This document shows positions 9,219 through 18,996 of a stretch of DNA of 64,000 nt, piece after piece. The notes beneath the pieces were generated by a model, which did no database searches, was not told the origin of the DNA, and saw nothing but the letters and a program-made list of their open reading frames with translations. How positions within the stretch are numbered: position 1 is the first letter of the stretch; each line of letters starts with the position of its first letter. The position numbers were made by a program, and so were the translations under genes. Origin of the DNA: a bacterium. GTDB lineage: Bacteria > UBA10199 > 2-02-FULL-44-16 > JAAZCA01. The stretch covers positions 416,001 through 480,000 of the forward strand of contig CAXXGI010000002.1 of assembly GCA_963674695.2 (NCBI GenBank). The letters are read 5' to 3'.

Positions 9219-10502
9219 ATGGGTGGTTTATCACAGGTCGATCTGGGAGGTCTGTGCAAAGCCTTTGAAGTGATGGGTGAGGATGGGTCGGGGCAGAGCT
9301 ATGCGCATCGGATCTGCGACACGCTGGACCTGACGCAGGGGAGCTATTCGCCTTATCTCTATCGCGACTCCTATGGGGATGGAATGGTTCGCGTTCCGAC
9401 CTATGAGGCCATCGGCGGTCGTCGGCAGATTTCAGAGCATCGCTATTTGACCGAATCGGGCGCGATCATGGGCGGGCCCGCTCGCGATCGCTGGGAGGCG
9501 GGGCGTGTCGATTCGACGATCGCGCGCTATTTCATCGCGGCGGCCTTCGGCATCGAGGAACTGACCGATCGCGTCGGGATCGATCTGGGGCTCGTAAAGT
9601 ACCTTCGATCGCTCACCGGGATCTGTGCGAACAATCCGAGCGGCTGCCTTCAGGGGTCCACCGCTTCGCGCACGAAGCAGAAATGGGGCGCGGTCAAACA
9701 GGAGCAGGCGCGCGTCGCAGGGGAGCGCACGCGTCTGGAAGCGCGCCGCCGCGAGGTGCAACAGATCGCGCAGGGCTATCGTTACATCGAGGTGCGGGTG
9801 CAGGCAAAAGATGACCTGCTCGTGAAGACCGCGCACTGGCGCGATCAGCTTGTCACCGATCCGAAGACGTTTGCCGAGTGCGATCGCGCCATCGCGCTCT
9901 ACACGGAGATGATTGCCGTAGCGCAGGCGATGCTCGATCGCGAAAACACCAGCGGTCGTGATCAATGGATGCGCGATCAGATCGCGATGTATCGGACAAA
10001 GATTCCGCAGCAGCGAAAGACGTTCATAGAGGCGGAGCGCAAGCGCCGCGTGACCTCCGGCTTCATCCTCGTGCACAACTACGATAAGTTCTCCGATCCG
10101 ATGGAGAAGGCCGACGCCTGCTTCGAGAAGGTTACTCCTCAAGGCCTGAAACAGCAGTACTGCGCGCTCAAGAATCAGAGCATGATGATCGCAGGTCTGC
10201 ATCGGAAGATGGATAATTATCCGGAGAAGGATGTCTGCTTACGACACGGAGCGCCGCGCGAAAAGAGCTGTACGAGTTCGGATAGAAACCAATGGGGCTG
10301 CACCTGCAAGACGGTTTCAGCCAATCCATATTCAATAGGGAGCGGATGGAGTCACACGGTCTGCGAAGGGACCTATACCTATACGCCGTGTCTGGAATCA
10401 GGAACGAAGGGCAAGGACTACACCGACGACGAACTCATCTCCGGCGCACAGTGGATGTGCTCACAGGCCACGAGCTGTTCCGTCGAATACATCGGGCATT
10501 GA
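9219..10502 (+). CDS. Orphan protein with coiled-coil middle and Cys-rich C-terminus
   Basis: Strong RBS (AAGGAGG); 427-aa ORF; no recognisable signal peptide; ~10 Cys in the last ~130 aa. Confidence 0.75.
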   Translation: MGGLSQVDLGGLCKAFEVMGEDGSGQSYAHRICDTLDLTQGSYSPYLYRDSYGDGMVRVPTYEAIGGRRQISEHRYLTESGAIMGGPARDRWEAGRVDSTIARYFIAAAFGIEELTDRVGIDLGLVKYLRSLTGICANNPSGCLQGSTASRTKQKWGAVKQEQARVAGERTRLEARRREVQQIAQGYRYIEVRVQAKDDLLVKTAHWRDQLVTDPKTFAECDRAIALYTEMIAVAQAMLDRENTSGRDQWMRDQIAMYRTKIPQQRKTFIEAERKRRVTSGFILVHNYDKFSDPMEKADACFEKVTPQGLKQQYCALKNQSMMIAGLHRKMDNYPEKDVCLRHGAPREKSCTSSDRNQWGCTCKTVSANPYSIGSGWSHTVCEGTYTYTPCLESGTKGKDYTDDELISGAQWMCSQATSCSVEYIGH

Positions 10503-10540
10503 ATCGAAAAACGAGAACACACAAGGGAAAGGGGTTGGAT

Positions 10541-11623
10541 ATGGCATTGGGAACGATCATCATCGGTGCGGCGGCGATCGCGGCGGCCATCTGGGGAAGC
10601 GGCTGTGGCGAGCGCGTGCCACTGAAAAAGGAAGAGAAGGATCCGTGTGACAGCGTCGATTGCTCCGGGCACGGGACGTGCATTCCCATCGAGGACCGTT
10701 TCGTCTGTCACTGCGACCGCGGCTACTTCGATGAAGGGGCGCAGTGTCTGCCGGATGAAATCTCCGACGGGGATTTTGATGCGGATTCCGTTGAAAATGA
10801 TACGGATGCGGAGGATGTGGAAGCGGAAACGGAGATCGCTGATGCCGATGGGGAGGATGACGATCAGTTCGAAGAGGAGGATGTGCCGCGTAATCCCTAT
10901 TGCGCAACGCAATATTGTTTGAATGCCACCTCCTATTTCTGTGAATCGAAACTCGGCGACAAGGTCATCGAGTGTGTCGAGGAGGAGTATTGCGATGAGG
11001 GCATGTGTGTCCTGCGCCCCGATGAGGAGGACCCGAACTGTGCTCCCGGCATGCGTTCGGCCTGTGAGGTGACGGATGAATTTGATATTCCGATGTTGGG
11101 AGCGGCGGATCAGAGTCAGAGTCGAAGCCATGCCTATTCCGTTGTCGGATGCTGGCACTCATCGGCATTTCAACTCGATGGACAATATCAGTGTTCCGAC
11201 GATGCCGCCGATGTCCTCAAGGGAATGTACTACATCGGACAGGAGGGGGCGATCGTCGAGAGTTGGATGGCGATGACGATGCAGGTCATCCCCCCGCCGG
11301 AAAAGAGCTTCTATCGCGTCGATGCAAAGATGGATTGGATGACCATCTATCCGGATGCTTGCGACGAAAACTATCCGCCGGCGTTGATGACCTTTTTTGG
11401 GGATGAGCAGTCATCCCTTCTCTCCTATGAGGAATCGTGGAAACGCTGTTTGTATCAGACCGTGGGGGAATTTTCGGCGGCAGGAATCGATGGAGATGCG
11501 GTTCGTCTGCGTTTTCAAAACCATGGCGACAACTGTGATGGACGCAACATTCAGATCAACGGTCTGGCCATCGCGCGCACACGCATCTGGAGCTGCGAGT
11601 GCGTGGAGGATCCGGGGCGCTGA
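10541..11623 (+). CDS. Cys-rich lipoprotein with EGF-like domain and acidic linker
   Basis: Lipobox-like WGSGC; DPCDSVDCSGHGTC...CHCDRGYFDEGAQC is EGF-like; Asp/Glu-rich spacer. Confidence 0.75.
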   Translation: MALGTIIIGAAAIAAAIWGSGCGERVPLKKEEKDPCDSVDCSGHGTCIPIEDRFVCHCDRGYFDEGAQCLPDEISDGDFDADSVENDTDAEDVEAETEIADADGEDDDQFEEEDVPRNPYCATQYCLNATSYFCESKLGDKVIECVEEEYCDEGMCVLRPDEEDPNCAPGMRSACEVTDEFDIPMLGAADQSQSRSHAYSVVGCWHSSAFQLDGQYQCSDDAADVLKGMYYIGQEGAIVESWMAMTMQVIPPPEKSFYRVDAKMDWMTIYPDACDENYPPALMTFFGDEQSSLLSYEESWKRCLYQTVGEFSAAGIDGDAVRLRFQNHGDNCDGRNIQINGLAIARTRIWSCECVEDPGR

Positions 11624-11641
11624 TCTGCAGACATCATCCAC

Positions 11642-11671
11642 AAAAAAGCCCCCGCTTTCGCGGGGGCTTTT
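11642..11671. terminator. Intrinsic (likely bidirectional) terminator
   Basis: AAAAAAGCCCCCGC-TTTC-GCGGGGGCTTTT stem with A and T tracts, between convergent genes. Confidence 0.85.
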
Positions 11672-11706
11672 GATTGTTAACAAAAGCAAAGTCAGATCGC
11701 TTTTGT

Positions 11707-11790
11707 TCCCTCCCCTTTGTAAGGGGAGGGTTAGGGTGGGGTAGATCCGAGATCTACCTCCCCCGTCCCCTCCTTACAAAGGAGGGGGGA
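11707..11790. repeat. Palindromic REP/MITE-like element, family B (CCCTCCCCTTTGTAAGGGGAGGG...)
   Basis: Inverted pair of hairpin units; related copies at 47204-47317 and 53347-53385. Confidence 0.8.
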
Positions 11791-11795
11791 GGATT

Positions 11796-12329
11796 CTATT
11801 CACCCTGCCAGGTTGCGATCGAGACTGGCATCTGGTTCGTGGCGAGCGTGCCGATCATGCAGACCTTGACCTGCTCGACATCCGGACGGCCTTCGACGCG
11901 ACAGTCTTCGATGGAGCAGATGGAGACATTCCAGGATCCATTTTCATTTTCCTTCGGTTCGATTGCCGGAACCTCAGGGGCCTGTCCCATGGCGGGGACA
12001 TAGACGAAGGTCACCTGGACGGATTCGTCGAATTCGATCTCCTCGTCCTTTTCCGCCGGGGTCAGCACGATCTCTTCGGCGGCTGCGGTTATCTGGCCTT
12101 TGACCTTGTCGCTGGAAACGTTCCAGCCATCAGGAAAATTGAGTCCCATCTCACTGCAGGCCTTCACAACGAAATCGGCCGGCGCGGGTGCTGGAGCGGC
12201 GACATCTTCGGTGACACCGGTGGCGAGTTCTCCCTCGGTGTCGGTCTCATCCGTCGTCATCTTCGTGCAGGCGCCCACGGTGAACGCCAACGCGAGGATG
12301 AGCAGCATGTTGAGCATCGATTTCTTCAT
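11796..12329 (-). CDS. Hypothetical lipoprotein
   Basis: MKKSMLNMLLILALAFTVGAC lipobox; acidic mature region. Confidence 0.75.
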   Translation of the reverse strand: MKKSMLNMLLILALAFTVGACTKMTTDETDTEGELATGVTEDVAAPAPAPADFVVKACSEMGLNFPDGWNVSSDKVKGQITAAAEEIVLTPAEKDEEIEFDESVQVTFVYVPAMGQAPEVPAIEPKENENGSWNVSICSIEDCRVEGRPDVEQVKVCMIGTLATNQMPVSIATWQGE

Positions 12330-12388
12330 AGGCTTCCTCACTTTCAGTTCTCACGCGGGGTGGATCGCTCGATCCGGCCCTGCGTTGG

Positions 12389-12961
12389 TTATGCGTTTCG
12401 GATCGCCAGGGCGAACATGACGATCGACCATCCGGCGAAGAGGATGTTGATGCCGACGAGCAATCCCATGGCCCAGACCGCATCGCCCGGCAGGCCGCTC
12501 CAGATGACGGCGCCGAGGATCACGGCGATGACGCCGGAGAAGCAGAGCCATCCCCAGCCGGGCGTTGGGCGCAGCTGGAAGGAGGAGACGAACTTGAAAA
12601 CACCCTCTATAATGAAGAGCAGCGCCACGAGCGCGGTGAGCGTGAGGATTCCCTGCTGCGGATAGACGAGCAGCAGGATGCCTGCGGCGACGTAGAGCAG
12701 CCCCCCGATGAGGCGCAGCCAGAAGCCACCGCCCGAACGGGATTGCACGGCCTTGACGAATGAGGCGATGCCGCCGATGAGCAGCACCCAGCCGAAGAGG
12801 AGTTCCAACGTGATCGTCGCCACGAAGGGGAGCGCGATGGCAGTGCATCCGACGAGGATGGTGATGAGCCCCAGTGCGAGGATCCATTTCCAGTTGGGTT
12901 TGAGGGCGCGAGCGGCGTCGGTGATCGCGTCGATCGATGCAGATTGGGCCTGAGTCGACAT
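12389..12961 (-). CDS. hdeD: HdeD family acid-resistance membrane protein
   Basis: Six TM; NWKWILALG...P...GWVLLIGG...GLLVGINILFAGW pattern; strong RBS. Confidence 0.85.
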   Translation of the reverse strand: MSTQAQSASIDAITDAARALKPNWKWILALGLITILVGCTAIALPFVATITLELLFGWVLLIGGIASFVKAVQSRSGGGFWLRLIGGLLYVAAGILLLVYPQQGILTLTALVALLFIIEGVFKFVSSFQLRPTPGWGWLCFSGVIAVILGAVIWSGLPGDAVWAMGLLVGINILFAGWSIVMFALAIRNA

Positions 12962-13124
12962 GAAATCCTCCTTGGAAGGTGGGCGAAGAGCGCAGACTCT
13001 GTGTATATCAATTCTGGAGGGGAATCAAGGGAACAGAAAAAATGCTGCCAGGACAGGCATTGCCGCCGCTGCTGCCTTTTGCTACACAGGGAGTGTTCCA
13101 TACATCATACGTCAGGGAGGAAAT

Positions 13125-13556
13125 ATGATGCGTCTTTCGACCGCTGCCATGCTGATCGCGATCATCCTGCTGGGGACTCCGGCATTTGCCCAGGAGGCGG
13201 CCAAGCCAAAGGAGGAGGTGCGCGTCCCCAAGAAACTCGAGCTGCCGATGAGCGAGGAGGAATACGAACGCAAGATGCGCAGCGCCAACATCTTCATCTA
13301 CACGGGCATCGCGCTCACCGCCGTGGGCGGGCTCGCGGCCATCGGCGGCAGCATCTACTGGGCCGCGAAGAAAAACGATCGCACCGGAGCGGCGATCATC
13401 ACGGGTTCCGGAGCGGCGCTCGGAATCGCCGGCGGTGTGCTCACCGCCGTGGGGTATCACAAACGAAACACGACCGAGATGCGCGCCTATTCCGTTGCGC
13501 CCGTGATCGATCCCAGCCGGGGGCTCTATGCCCTCCAGCTGCAGACGCGGTTTTAA
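13125..13556 (+). CDS. Hypothetical exported/membrane protein
   Basis: RBS GGAGG; signal peptide ending PAFA; two Gly-rich hydrophobic helices; ends in a beta-strand-like LQTRF. Confidence 0.7.
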   Translation: MMRLSTAAMLIAIILLGTPAFAQEAAKPKEEVRVPKKLELPMSEEEYERKMRSANIFIYTGIALTAVGGLAAIGGSIYWAAKKNDRTGAAIITGSGAALGIAGGVLTAVGYHKRNTTEMRAYSVAPVIDPSRGLYALQLQTRF

Positions 13557-14801
13557 TTAGAACGTCGTAAATGGGAGTGTGTTCAGCAGTACCATCGATT
13601 GCACCTGAAACCACTTGTAGCGCGTGGTGTCAGTGCCGAAGAAGGTGTGGCGATCCCAGGGCGTGAGGAAGAGGTTGAAATCGCGCTCGGACAGGCTCGG
13701 CTCCGGAGTAGCGCCGAGCGCTTCGTAGGTGAAGGTATAGGTCATCATGCTCGTCCCATCGGGGAGCACGCGTTCAATCGTGATGAGGTTTCCCTCCGCA
13801 TCATATTCATAATAAAAGCTGGAGTTGAGTTCAAAGTCCACCTGGTTATCACCCGGAAAGAAATTGGTATCGACGAAAAAGTCGGTCTGTTCCGGGTGAA
13901 ATCCATCCGCATCATCATGATGGAAGAACTCATACGCATATCGCAGCTCGTTGGTCACCGTGCCATTCTGATACGTTGACAGGATCATCTCCACATCCGC
14001 GAGGAGTCCCTCGATCGGTACGCTGAAATTTGCTTGGAAGCTTGAGACGGTATCGCCCGTTTGAACGTCCTTGTTGTAGACGATCTCCATGTTGTCGTGA
14101 GGGGAATAGTGTTTTTCATTATAGGGGTAGCTGTCCCACGAGATGAGGCTCCAGTTTCCGTTCGGATATTTGCTGAGCCACTTCCCATTCGGCAGATCGA
14201 TACGAAGATCGGACCAGCCGGTAATACTGTAGTCGATCGCGGTCGTATCGACGTCCCCGTTTAAAAACTCTTGGACGATGGTCGAGATGCGTTCCTGTGT
14301 ATCGTAGGTGAACTGTCTCGTGAAATACGTGTGCTCCTGTTCGATCAGGCGCGACTCTTCGTCATAGGTGAATTGCTCCTCGAATGCGGAGAAGGGGAGG
14401 TTTAAATCCTGCCAGCTCTGCGGCGGATCGTGGGCGATCAGTTCGATGAGTCGTCCCTCCTCATCGTAGTCGCAATCGATGAGCGGCGTGGTGACCCCAT
14501 CGATCGTCACCGAAAAGGAGGTCATGCGTCCGAAGGTTGGCGCGGGATCGGGATCGGGATCGGGGTCCGGATCAGGATCGGGCGGAGGTGTTGGATCGGG
14601 ATCCGGCTCAGGATTTGGCGGCGGTACAGGATCGGGGGTGGGGCCTGCCGGCGGATCCGGCGATGGATTCGGCGTCGGACACGTTTCACACGCGCCGGGA
14701 GTCGCCGCGGCCGTGTGGCTGCCACAGGCGGTCACCATATACATCAAGGGCGTCGCCACGCAGATGGCGATGATGAGACGCGCGGTCATTCGTGATGACA
14801 T
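13557..14801 (-). CDS. Lipoprotein with Pro/Asp linker and YD/RHS-like repeats (paralog 1)
   Basis: VTAC lipobox; (PD)n linker; YDEEGRL, FTYDEESRL and YEYDAEGNL repeats. Confidence 0.75.
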   Translation of the reverse strand: MSSRMTARLIIAICVATPLMYMVTACGSHTAAATPGACETCPTPNPSPDPPAGPTPDPVPPPNPEPDPDPTPPPDPDPDPDPDPDPAPTFGRMTSFSVTIDGVTTPLIDCDYDEEGRLIELIAHDPPQSWQDLNLPFSAFEEQFTYDEESRLIEQEHTYFTRQFTYDTQERISTIVQEFLNGDVDTTAIDYSITGWSDLRIDLPNGKWLSKYPNGNWSLISWDSYPYNEKHYSPHDNMEIVYNKDVQTGDTVSSFQANFSVPIEGLLADVEMILSTYQNGTVTNELRYAYEFFHHDDADGFHPEQTDFFVDTNFFPGDNQVDFELNSSFYYEYDAEGNLITIERVLPDGTSMMTYTFTYEALGATPEPSLSERDFNLFLTPWDRHTFFGTDTTRYKWFQVQSMVLLNTLPFTTF

Positions 14802-14838
14802 GGACGTATTCCTCCACCGGTTTCATCCTCCAGAAGTA

Positions 14839-14865
14839 TTATCGGTGAATATCGCGAGAAGTTGC
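14839..14865 (-). promoter_or_regulatory. Sigma28/FliA-like promoter motif
   Basis: GCAAC-N14-ACCGATAA on the minus strand, ~40 nt upstream of the ATG at 14801. Confidence 0.6.
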
Positions 14866-14898
14866 GCGGTGAAAACCGCCGTTTCTACATTGTTTGTA

Positions 14899-16134
14899 TC
14901 AGAACGATACCATCGGTGCAGTGCCGAGCGAGAGCATATTCTGGACGAAGGCCCATTTGAGCATGTGGGGATTTCCGGAGAAGATCGTTCGGGCATCCCA
15001 AGGGTCGGTGATGCCGAAGAATTCATCGCGCGCGAGCGTCGGTTCCGGCTCGAAGCCGAGTATCTCATAGCTGAAGGCATAGGTGATCATGGTCGTCCTG
15101 TCGGAGAGTTTCCGTTCGACAGAGATGAGATCGCCCGCTTCATTATACTGATAGAAGAAGGTGGAGTTGAGGTCGAACAGGACGTGGTCATCGCCCGCAT
15201 CCGGATCGATGTCGACGAAGAACTCCACCTCGCGCAGGCGGATCGCTCCATCGACGAGATCATAGAAATATTCATAGGCATATCGAATTTCAAAATCGGT
15301 GATCTCGGAGCGGATGATCATTTCGACCTGTTCCGGGATTCCGTCGACGTGTTGTCCCGTTTTGGCGCGATAGCTGCGCAGGAGGTCCTGTCCGGTGGAG
15401 TCATAGAAATAGGCCCCTTCGGTTCCATCGGTCTCATCGACATATTCTCTGGAATAGCGCTGCGGGTCGTTGGTTGGTTCGAAGAAGAGCCAGGTGCCCG
15501 TCGGGGTCCTGTTCATGCCGGTTCCATTCGAAAAGTCGACGACGATATCGTAGATGGGGGCATTGGGATATCGGATGTCCGTCCATTCCAAGGGATGATT
15601 GTCCAAATCGCGTTCGATCTGGATGAGCCTCCCTTCCTCATAGGAAAAATGCTGAATGCGATCGCTCTGTTCGGCAGCGATGAGCTGGTCCTGCTCGTCG
15701 TAGGTGAATGACCATTCGTCCGGATAGATCGGAAGGCCCAAGCCTTGCCAATCCGCGGGCAACTCGTGCACGCTCATCTCGGTCAGGCGGCCTTCATCGT
15801 CGTAGTCATAGTTGGCGAGCGTGTGGGTGAGTCCATCGTAGGTCGCGGTGACGGAGGTGAGACGATTCGCATGCGGTTCCGGATCGGGCTCCGGGTTCGG
15901 CTCGGGCTCGGGTTCCGGACTGGGTTCTGGCTCTGGCTCGGGTTCTGGCTCGGGTTCTGGCTCCGGGTTTGGCGGGGGTGACGGACTCGGCTCCGGCTGT
16001 GGTGGACAGGTCGTGCACTCATCGCAGGGTGTTGCAGCGCTGTTGTTGCCGCAGGCGGTCACGATGTACATCGCCGGAAGGGCGATGAGGATGATGACGA
16101 GTATCCTGATGATGGATCGGTGGTGTGGTGACAT
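14899..16134 (-). CDS. Lipoprotein with Pro/Glu linker and YD/RHS-like repeats (paralog 2)
   Basis: VTAC lipobox; (PE)n linker; YDYDDEGRL and FTYDEQDQL; aligns along its length with 13557..14801. Confidence 0.75.
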   Translation of the reverse strand: MSPHHRSIIRILVIILIALPAMYIVTACGNNSAATPCDECTTCPPQPEPSPSPPPNPEPEPEPEPEPEPEPSPEPEPEPNPEPDPEPHANRLTSVTATYDGLTHTLANYDYDDEGRLTEMSVHELPADWQGLGLPIYPDEWSFTYDEQDQLIAAEQSDRIQHFSYEEGRLIQIERDLDNHPLEWTDIRYPNAPIYDIVVDFSNGTGMNRTPTGTWLFFEPTNDPQRYSREYVDETDGTEGAYFYDSTGQDLLRSYRAKTGQHVDGIPEQVEMIIRSEITDFEIRYAYEYFYDLVDGAIRLREVEFFVDIDPDAGDDHVLFDLNSTFFYQYNEAGDLISVERKLSDRTTMITYAFSYEILGFEPEPTLARDEFFGITDPWDARTIFSGNPHMLKWAFVQNMLSLGTAPMVSF

Positions 16135-16155
16135 CGATTCTCTCCCTTACTCCTC

Positions 16156-16182
16156 TTATCGGCGGAAAAAGGGAGAAGTTGC
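16156..16182 (-). promoter_or_regulatory. Sigma28/FliA-like promoter motif
   Basis: GCAAC-N14-GCCGATAA on the minus strand, upstream of the ATG at 16134. Confidence 0.6.
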
Positions 16183-16268
16183 GAACAAACGCGGGGATAT
16201 CTGCATCGATCATCGATGTTGGTTTCAAAACGCAGTGACGTAAAAACAACGTTGTGGTGGGAGCGCGA

Positions 16269-17093
16269 TTATTGCGACCAGGCGATCGGATCGAGGCGGT
16301 AATACTCATGCAGCATGCGATAGAGCCCGGGCCGTTCCTGGGCGAGCGCCGCCGGCTTGGTGAAGAAGGCCTCGGTGGAGACGGCGAAGAATTCGGCGGG
16401 GTTGGTCGCCCCGTAGGCATCGAGGACATCGCGCTGACCGTGCATCGTCTTCTGCGTAAGCTCGGTGAAGGTGCGCCCCATGACGCGCGCCCAGGCGACG
16501 TACTGGGCGCGATCTCGGAGTACCGGCGTTCCATCTCCCGCGCCATCCTCCTGATCGAGTTGGTGCGCAAATTCATGCAACACGACGTTGTGTCCGCAAT
16601 GCGCATCGCGCGCCTGTTCCTGAACATGATCCCAGGCGAGCACGACCACGCCGCGCGTCCAGGATTCGCCCAGCCGAACGCTCTGCTCCTGCACGACGGT
16701 GTTTCCCATCGGGCGGGTCTGCGGAGCGATGTAGGCACCGGGATAGACGAGGATCGCATCGCATTTGGGGAAATAGGTGATCTCTCGCCCCAACAGCAGG
16801 AGGCAGGCCTGTGCCGCGATGATGATCTTCATCTCTTCGGTCAGCGTCAGCCCTCCGCACCCCTCGAAGTGTTTTTCCCCGAGAAAATTGTGGAGGTGTC
16901 CGGATAGCTCCGGTTTGTGCCGATCCGGCAGCAGGCGATAGAGATCGACCTCGCGTTCGAGGATTAGGCGCCAGTCTTCGGGCAAGGGGGTCGACATCAA
17001 TCGCCGTCGGCGTGCGGCACGCCGCGCGTGTTGGATGCCGATGCCGGTGGGGATGGCGACGGCAGCGACGACGAGCAAGGGGAGACTGAGCAT
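16269..17093 (-). CDS. MtfA-like zinc-dependent peptidase (M90 family)
   Basis: IAAQACLLLLG; ILVYP; LGESW; NVVLHEFAHQLD; YGATNPAEFFAVSTEAFF. Confidence 0.92.
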   Translation of the reverse strand: MLSLPLLVVAAVAIPTGIGIQHARRAARRRRLMSTPLPEDWRLILEREVDLYRLLPDRHKPELSGHLHNFLGEKHFEGCGGLTLTEEMKIIIAAQACLLLLGREITYFPKCDAILVYPGAYIAPQTRPMGNTVVQEQSVRLGESWTRGVVVLAWDHVQEQARDAHCGHNVVLHEFAHQLDQEDGAGDGTPVLRDRAQYVAWARVMGRTFTELTQKTMHGQRDVLDAYGATNPAEFFAVSTEAFFTKPAALAQERPGLYRMLHEYYRLDPIAWSQ

Positions 17094-17234
17094 GCTTCCT
17101 CCATTTCCCGCCCACCATACGGCAGGCGGCATACACAAGACAAGCCCAGAAGCGAGCCTTGAACTCTCATGGGCATGGGCGTATCATGATGATCTCGATT
17201 CGGCTGGATAAACGGAGACAATAAAGGAGGGGAT

Positions 17235-17600
17235 ATGGTCTATGTCATAACCAGTATCGGTGTGCTCCTGTTGGTGGTCGCGGTGGTCGGGCTCGTGCAG
17301 CCCCAGCGCATCAAGCAGTTTCTCATCTGGGCCAAGGAGGGAAAACGCTGCTATATGGGCGGCGTGATTCGCATTCTCTTCGGCGCCCTGCTCATTATCG
17401 CCGCGCCGCGCGCGCATTTTCCCTACATCCCCATGGTGATCGGCATCATCATGTTGCTGGCTGGGATCGCTTTCTTCGTGATCGGTTTGGGTCGTATCCA
17501 TCGCATGATCGATTGGTGGCTGGAAAAAGCCGACAATGCCATGCGCGCCGGCTTGGCCGTTGTGGCTCTCATCGGACTGCTCCTCATCTATTCGCTCTGA
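17235..17600 (+). CDS. Small hypothetical membrane protein
   Basis: RBS AAGGAGG; four hydrophobic segments. Confidence 0.75.
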   Translation: MVYVITSIGVLLLVVAVVGLVQPQRIKQFLIWAKEGKRCYMGGVIRILFGALLIIAAPRAHFPYIPMVIGIIMLLAGIAFFVIGLGRIHRMIDWWLEKADNAMRAGLAVVALIGLLLIYSL

Positions 17601-17621
17601 TATAGTTGGACCCTCGGTTTT

Positions 17622-17717
17622 GTCATTCCCGCGGAGGCGGGAATCTCGCTTGTAGGAGCCAATCGAGATCCCCGCTGGAGCCTGTCCCCGAATGCTTGAA
17701 TCGGGGGCGGGGATGAC
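17622..17717. repeat. REP/MITE-like element, family A (GTCATTCCC-N8-GGGAATC...GGGGATGAC)
   Basis: Terminal inverted GTCAT/ATGAC; near-identical to 18901-18996. Confidence 0.85.
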
Positions 17718-17742
17718 AACGGCAGAATTTGTCATCACCATT

Positions 17743-17771
17743 ACGCCCGGCACAAGCCGGGCGTTTTTTTT
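17743..17771 (+). terminator. Intrinsic terminator
   Basis: ACGCCCGGC-ACAA-GCCGGGCGT followed by a T tract. Confidence 0.85.
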
Positions 17772-17934
17772 GTGTCTACGGTTTATAAGTTAAAATGATA
17801 ATTCACATAACTAATCATAATTCGGCTTTATATAAATCACGTGGCATAATGCGAACAGAAATGAGGGAAGGTGTTGGAAAAGAAGCACAAATACTATCAA
17901 CCACAAACAGGCTGGACCAACCCGGGAGGTTACC

Positions 17935-18819
17935 ATGAAGAAGCTCACGAAGAAGATGCGCAAGGGGATCATCACCGCAGCGGCCGTCGTTCCGTTGGCA
18001 TTTGCCGCGGGCTGCGGCGGCAGTTTGGGCAGCACCGACGATACCGCTGACCTGACCGATGGCACGGCGACGGACAATGAGATCATCTCCGTGGCGGTTG
18101 TCGGATCCGGCGCCACCAACCCCTTTGACGGGGACGCGGATGCACAGGAGTTCACCGATCAGACGCAGGCCGACATGAATGCCAAGATCATGGAGGCTGT
18201 CTCCCAGAAGGTGGAAGCCGCCATCAATGATGAACTCATGGCGATGGAAGAAGAAGCGGCGATGGATCCGTCTGCGGCCAAGGACATAAGCGTCGGTTTG
18301 GGTGATCGGGGACTCTCCCTCTTCATCGAGGATGAGGTCGTCCCCTTTGCCGGCGGCACCATGACGCTCAATGGCGAGGTTGGACTGCGATTGAAATTCC
18401 ACAGCTGGAGCAAGCTCTCCCTCATCGCCAGCGGCGAGTTGACATCACAGCTCGAAGGCGTGGAACGCAGCGGTCTCATTCGTGACATCCCCTATTCGCT
18501 CTCCCTGGATGGGTCGAACGACATGGAGATGGAAGGGGCCTTTACTGCCCAGATCAAGCGTTGGAGGATTAAGTCCCTCAAGGCGGATCTGAGTTCCTCG
18601 ATCGTCGATTCCGATGTGGTCGCGAGCGGAACGATCGGTGATCGCGCTGCCAGTGGTGCGGTGAACATGGTCGATGTTTCGGTTCGCGCCGTGAACAACG
18701 ATGTGCTCGCCAACGGGCAGGCCTTCGACATGAGCTGCACGGGCACCGTCGAGACGATGGTCAACGACGACGTGATCGCGGCCTGTCAGATCGACCCTTC
18801 CTGCAAGGGCTGTCAGTGA
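17935..18819 (+). CDS. Hypothetical lipoprotein
   Basis: RBS GGAGG; lipobox FAAGC; C-terminal Cys cluster CQIDPSCKGCQ; AT-rich upstream region. Confidence 0.8.
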   Translation: MKKLTKKMRKGIITAAAVVPLAFAAGCGGSLGSTDDTADLTDGTATDNEIISVAVVGSGATNPFDGDADAQEFTDQTQADMNAKIMEAVSQKVEAAINDELMAMEEEAAMDPSAAKDISVGLGDRGLSLFIEDEVVPFAGGTMTLNGEVGLRLKFHSWSKLSLIASGELTSQLEGVERSGLIRDIPYSLSLDGSNDMEMEGAFTAQIKRWRIKSLKADLSSSIVDSDVVASGTIGDRAASGAVNMVDVSVRAVNNDVLANGQAFDMSCTGTVETMVNDDVIAACQIDPSCKGCQ

Positions 18820-18845
18820 GAGATGCGAGATGATGGTGGTAAAGG

Positions 18846-18875
18846 AAAGGGCGTCCCAAACCGGGACGCCCTTTT
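18846..18875. terminator. Intrinsic terminator
   Basis: AAAGGGCGTCCC-AAACC-GGGACGCCCTTTT. Confidence 0.85.
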
Positions 18876-18900
18876 GTTGAATGCTGACAATCCGATGGAT

Positions 18901-18996
18901 GTCATTCCCGCGAACGCGGGAATCTCGCTTGTGATGGCCAATCGAGATCCCCGCTGGAGCCTGTCCCCGAATGCTTGAATCGGGGGCGGGGATGAC
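18901..18996. repeat. REP/MITE-like element, family A
   Basis: Direct-orientation copy of 17622-17717 with few mismatches. Confidence 0.85.

Noticed and set aside
10292-10540. Longer N-terminal extensions in the ORF track (also at 7545, 12960, 57152, 60172)
   Set aside because: They overlap neighbouring genes or promoters; downstream ATGs have an RBS and/or place signal peptides or conserved N-termini at the start.
13557-16134. Rhs toxin-immunity locus
   Set aside because: Too short, no RHS core cleavage motif, and no toxin tip or immunity ORF.
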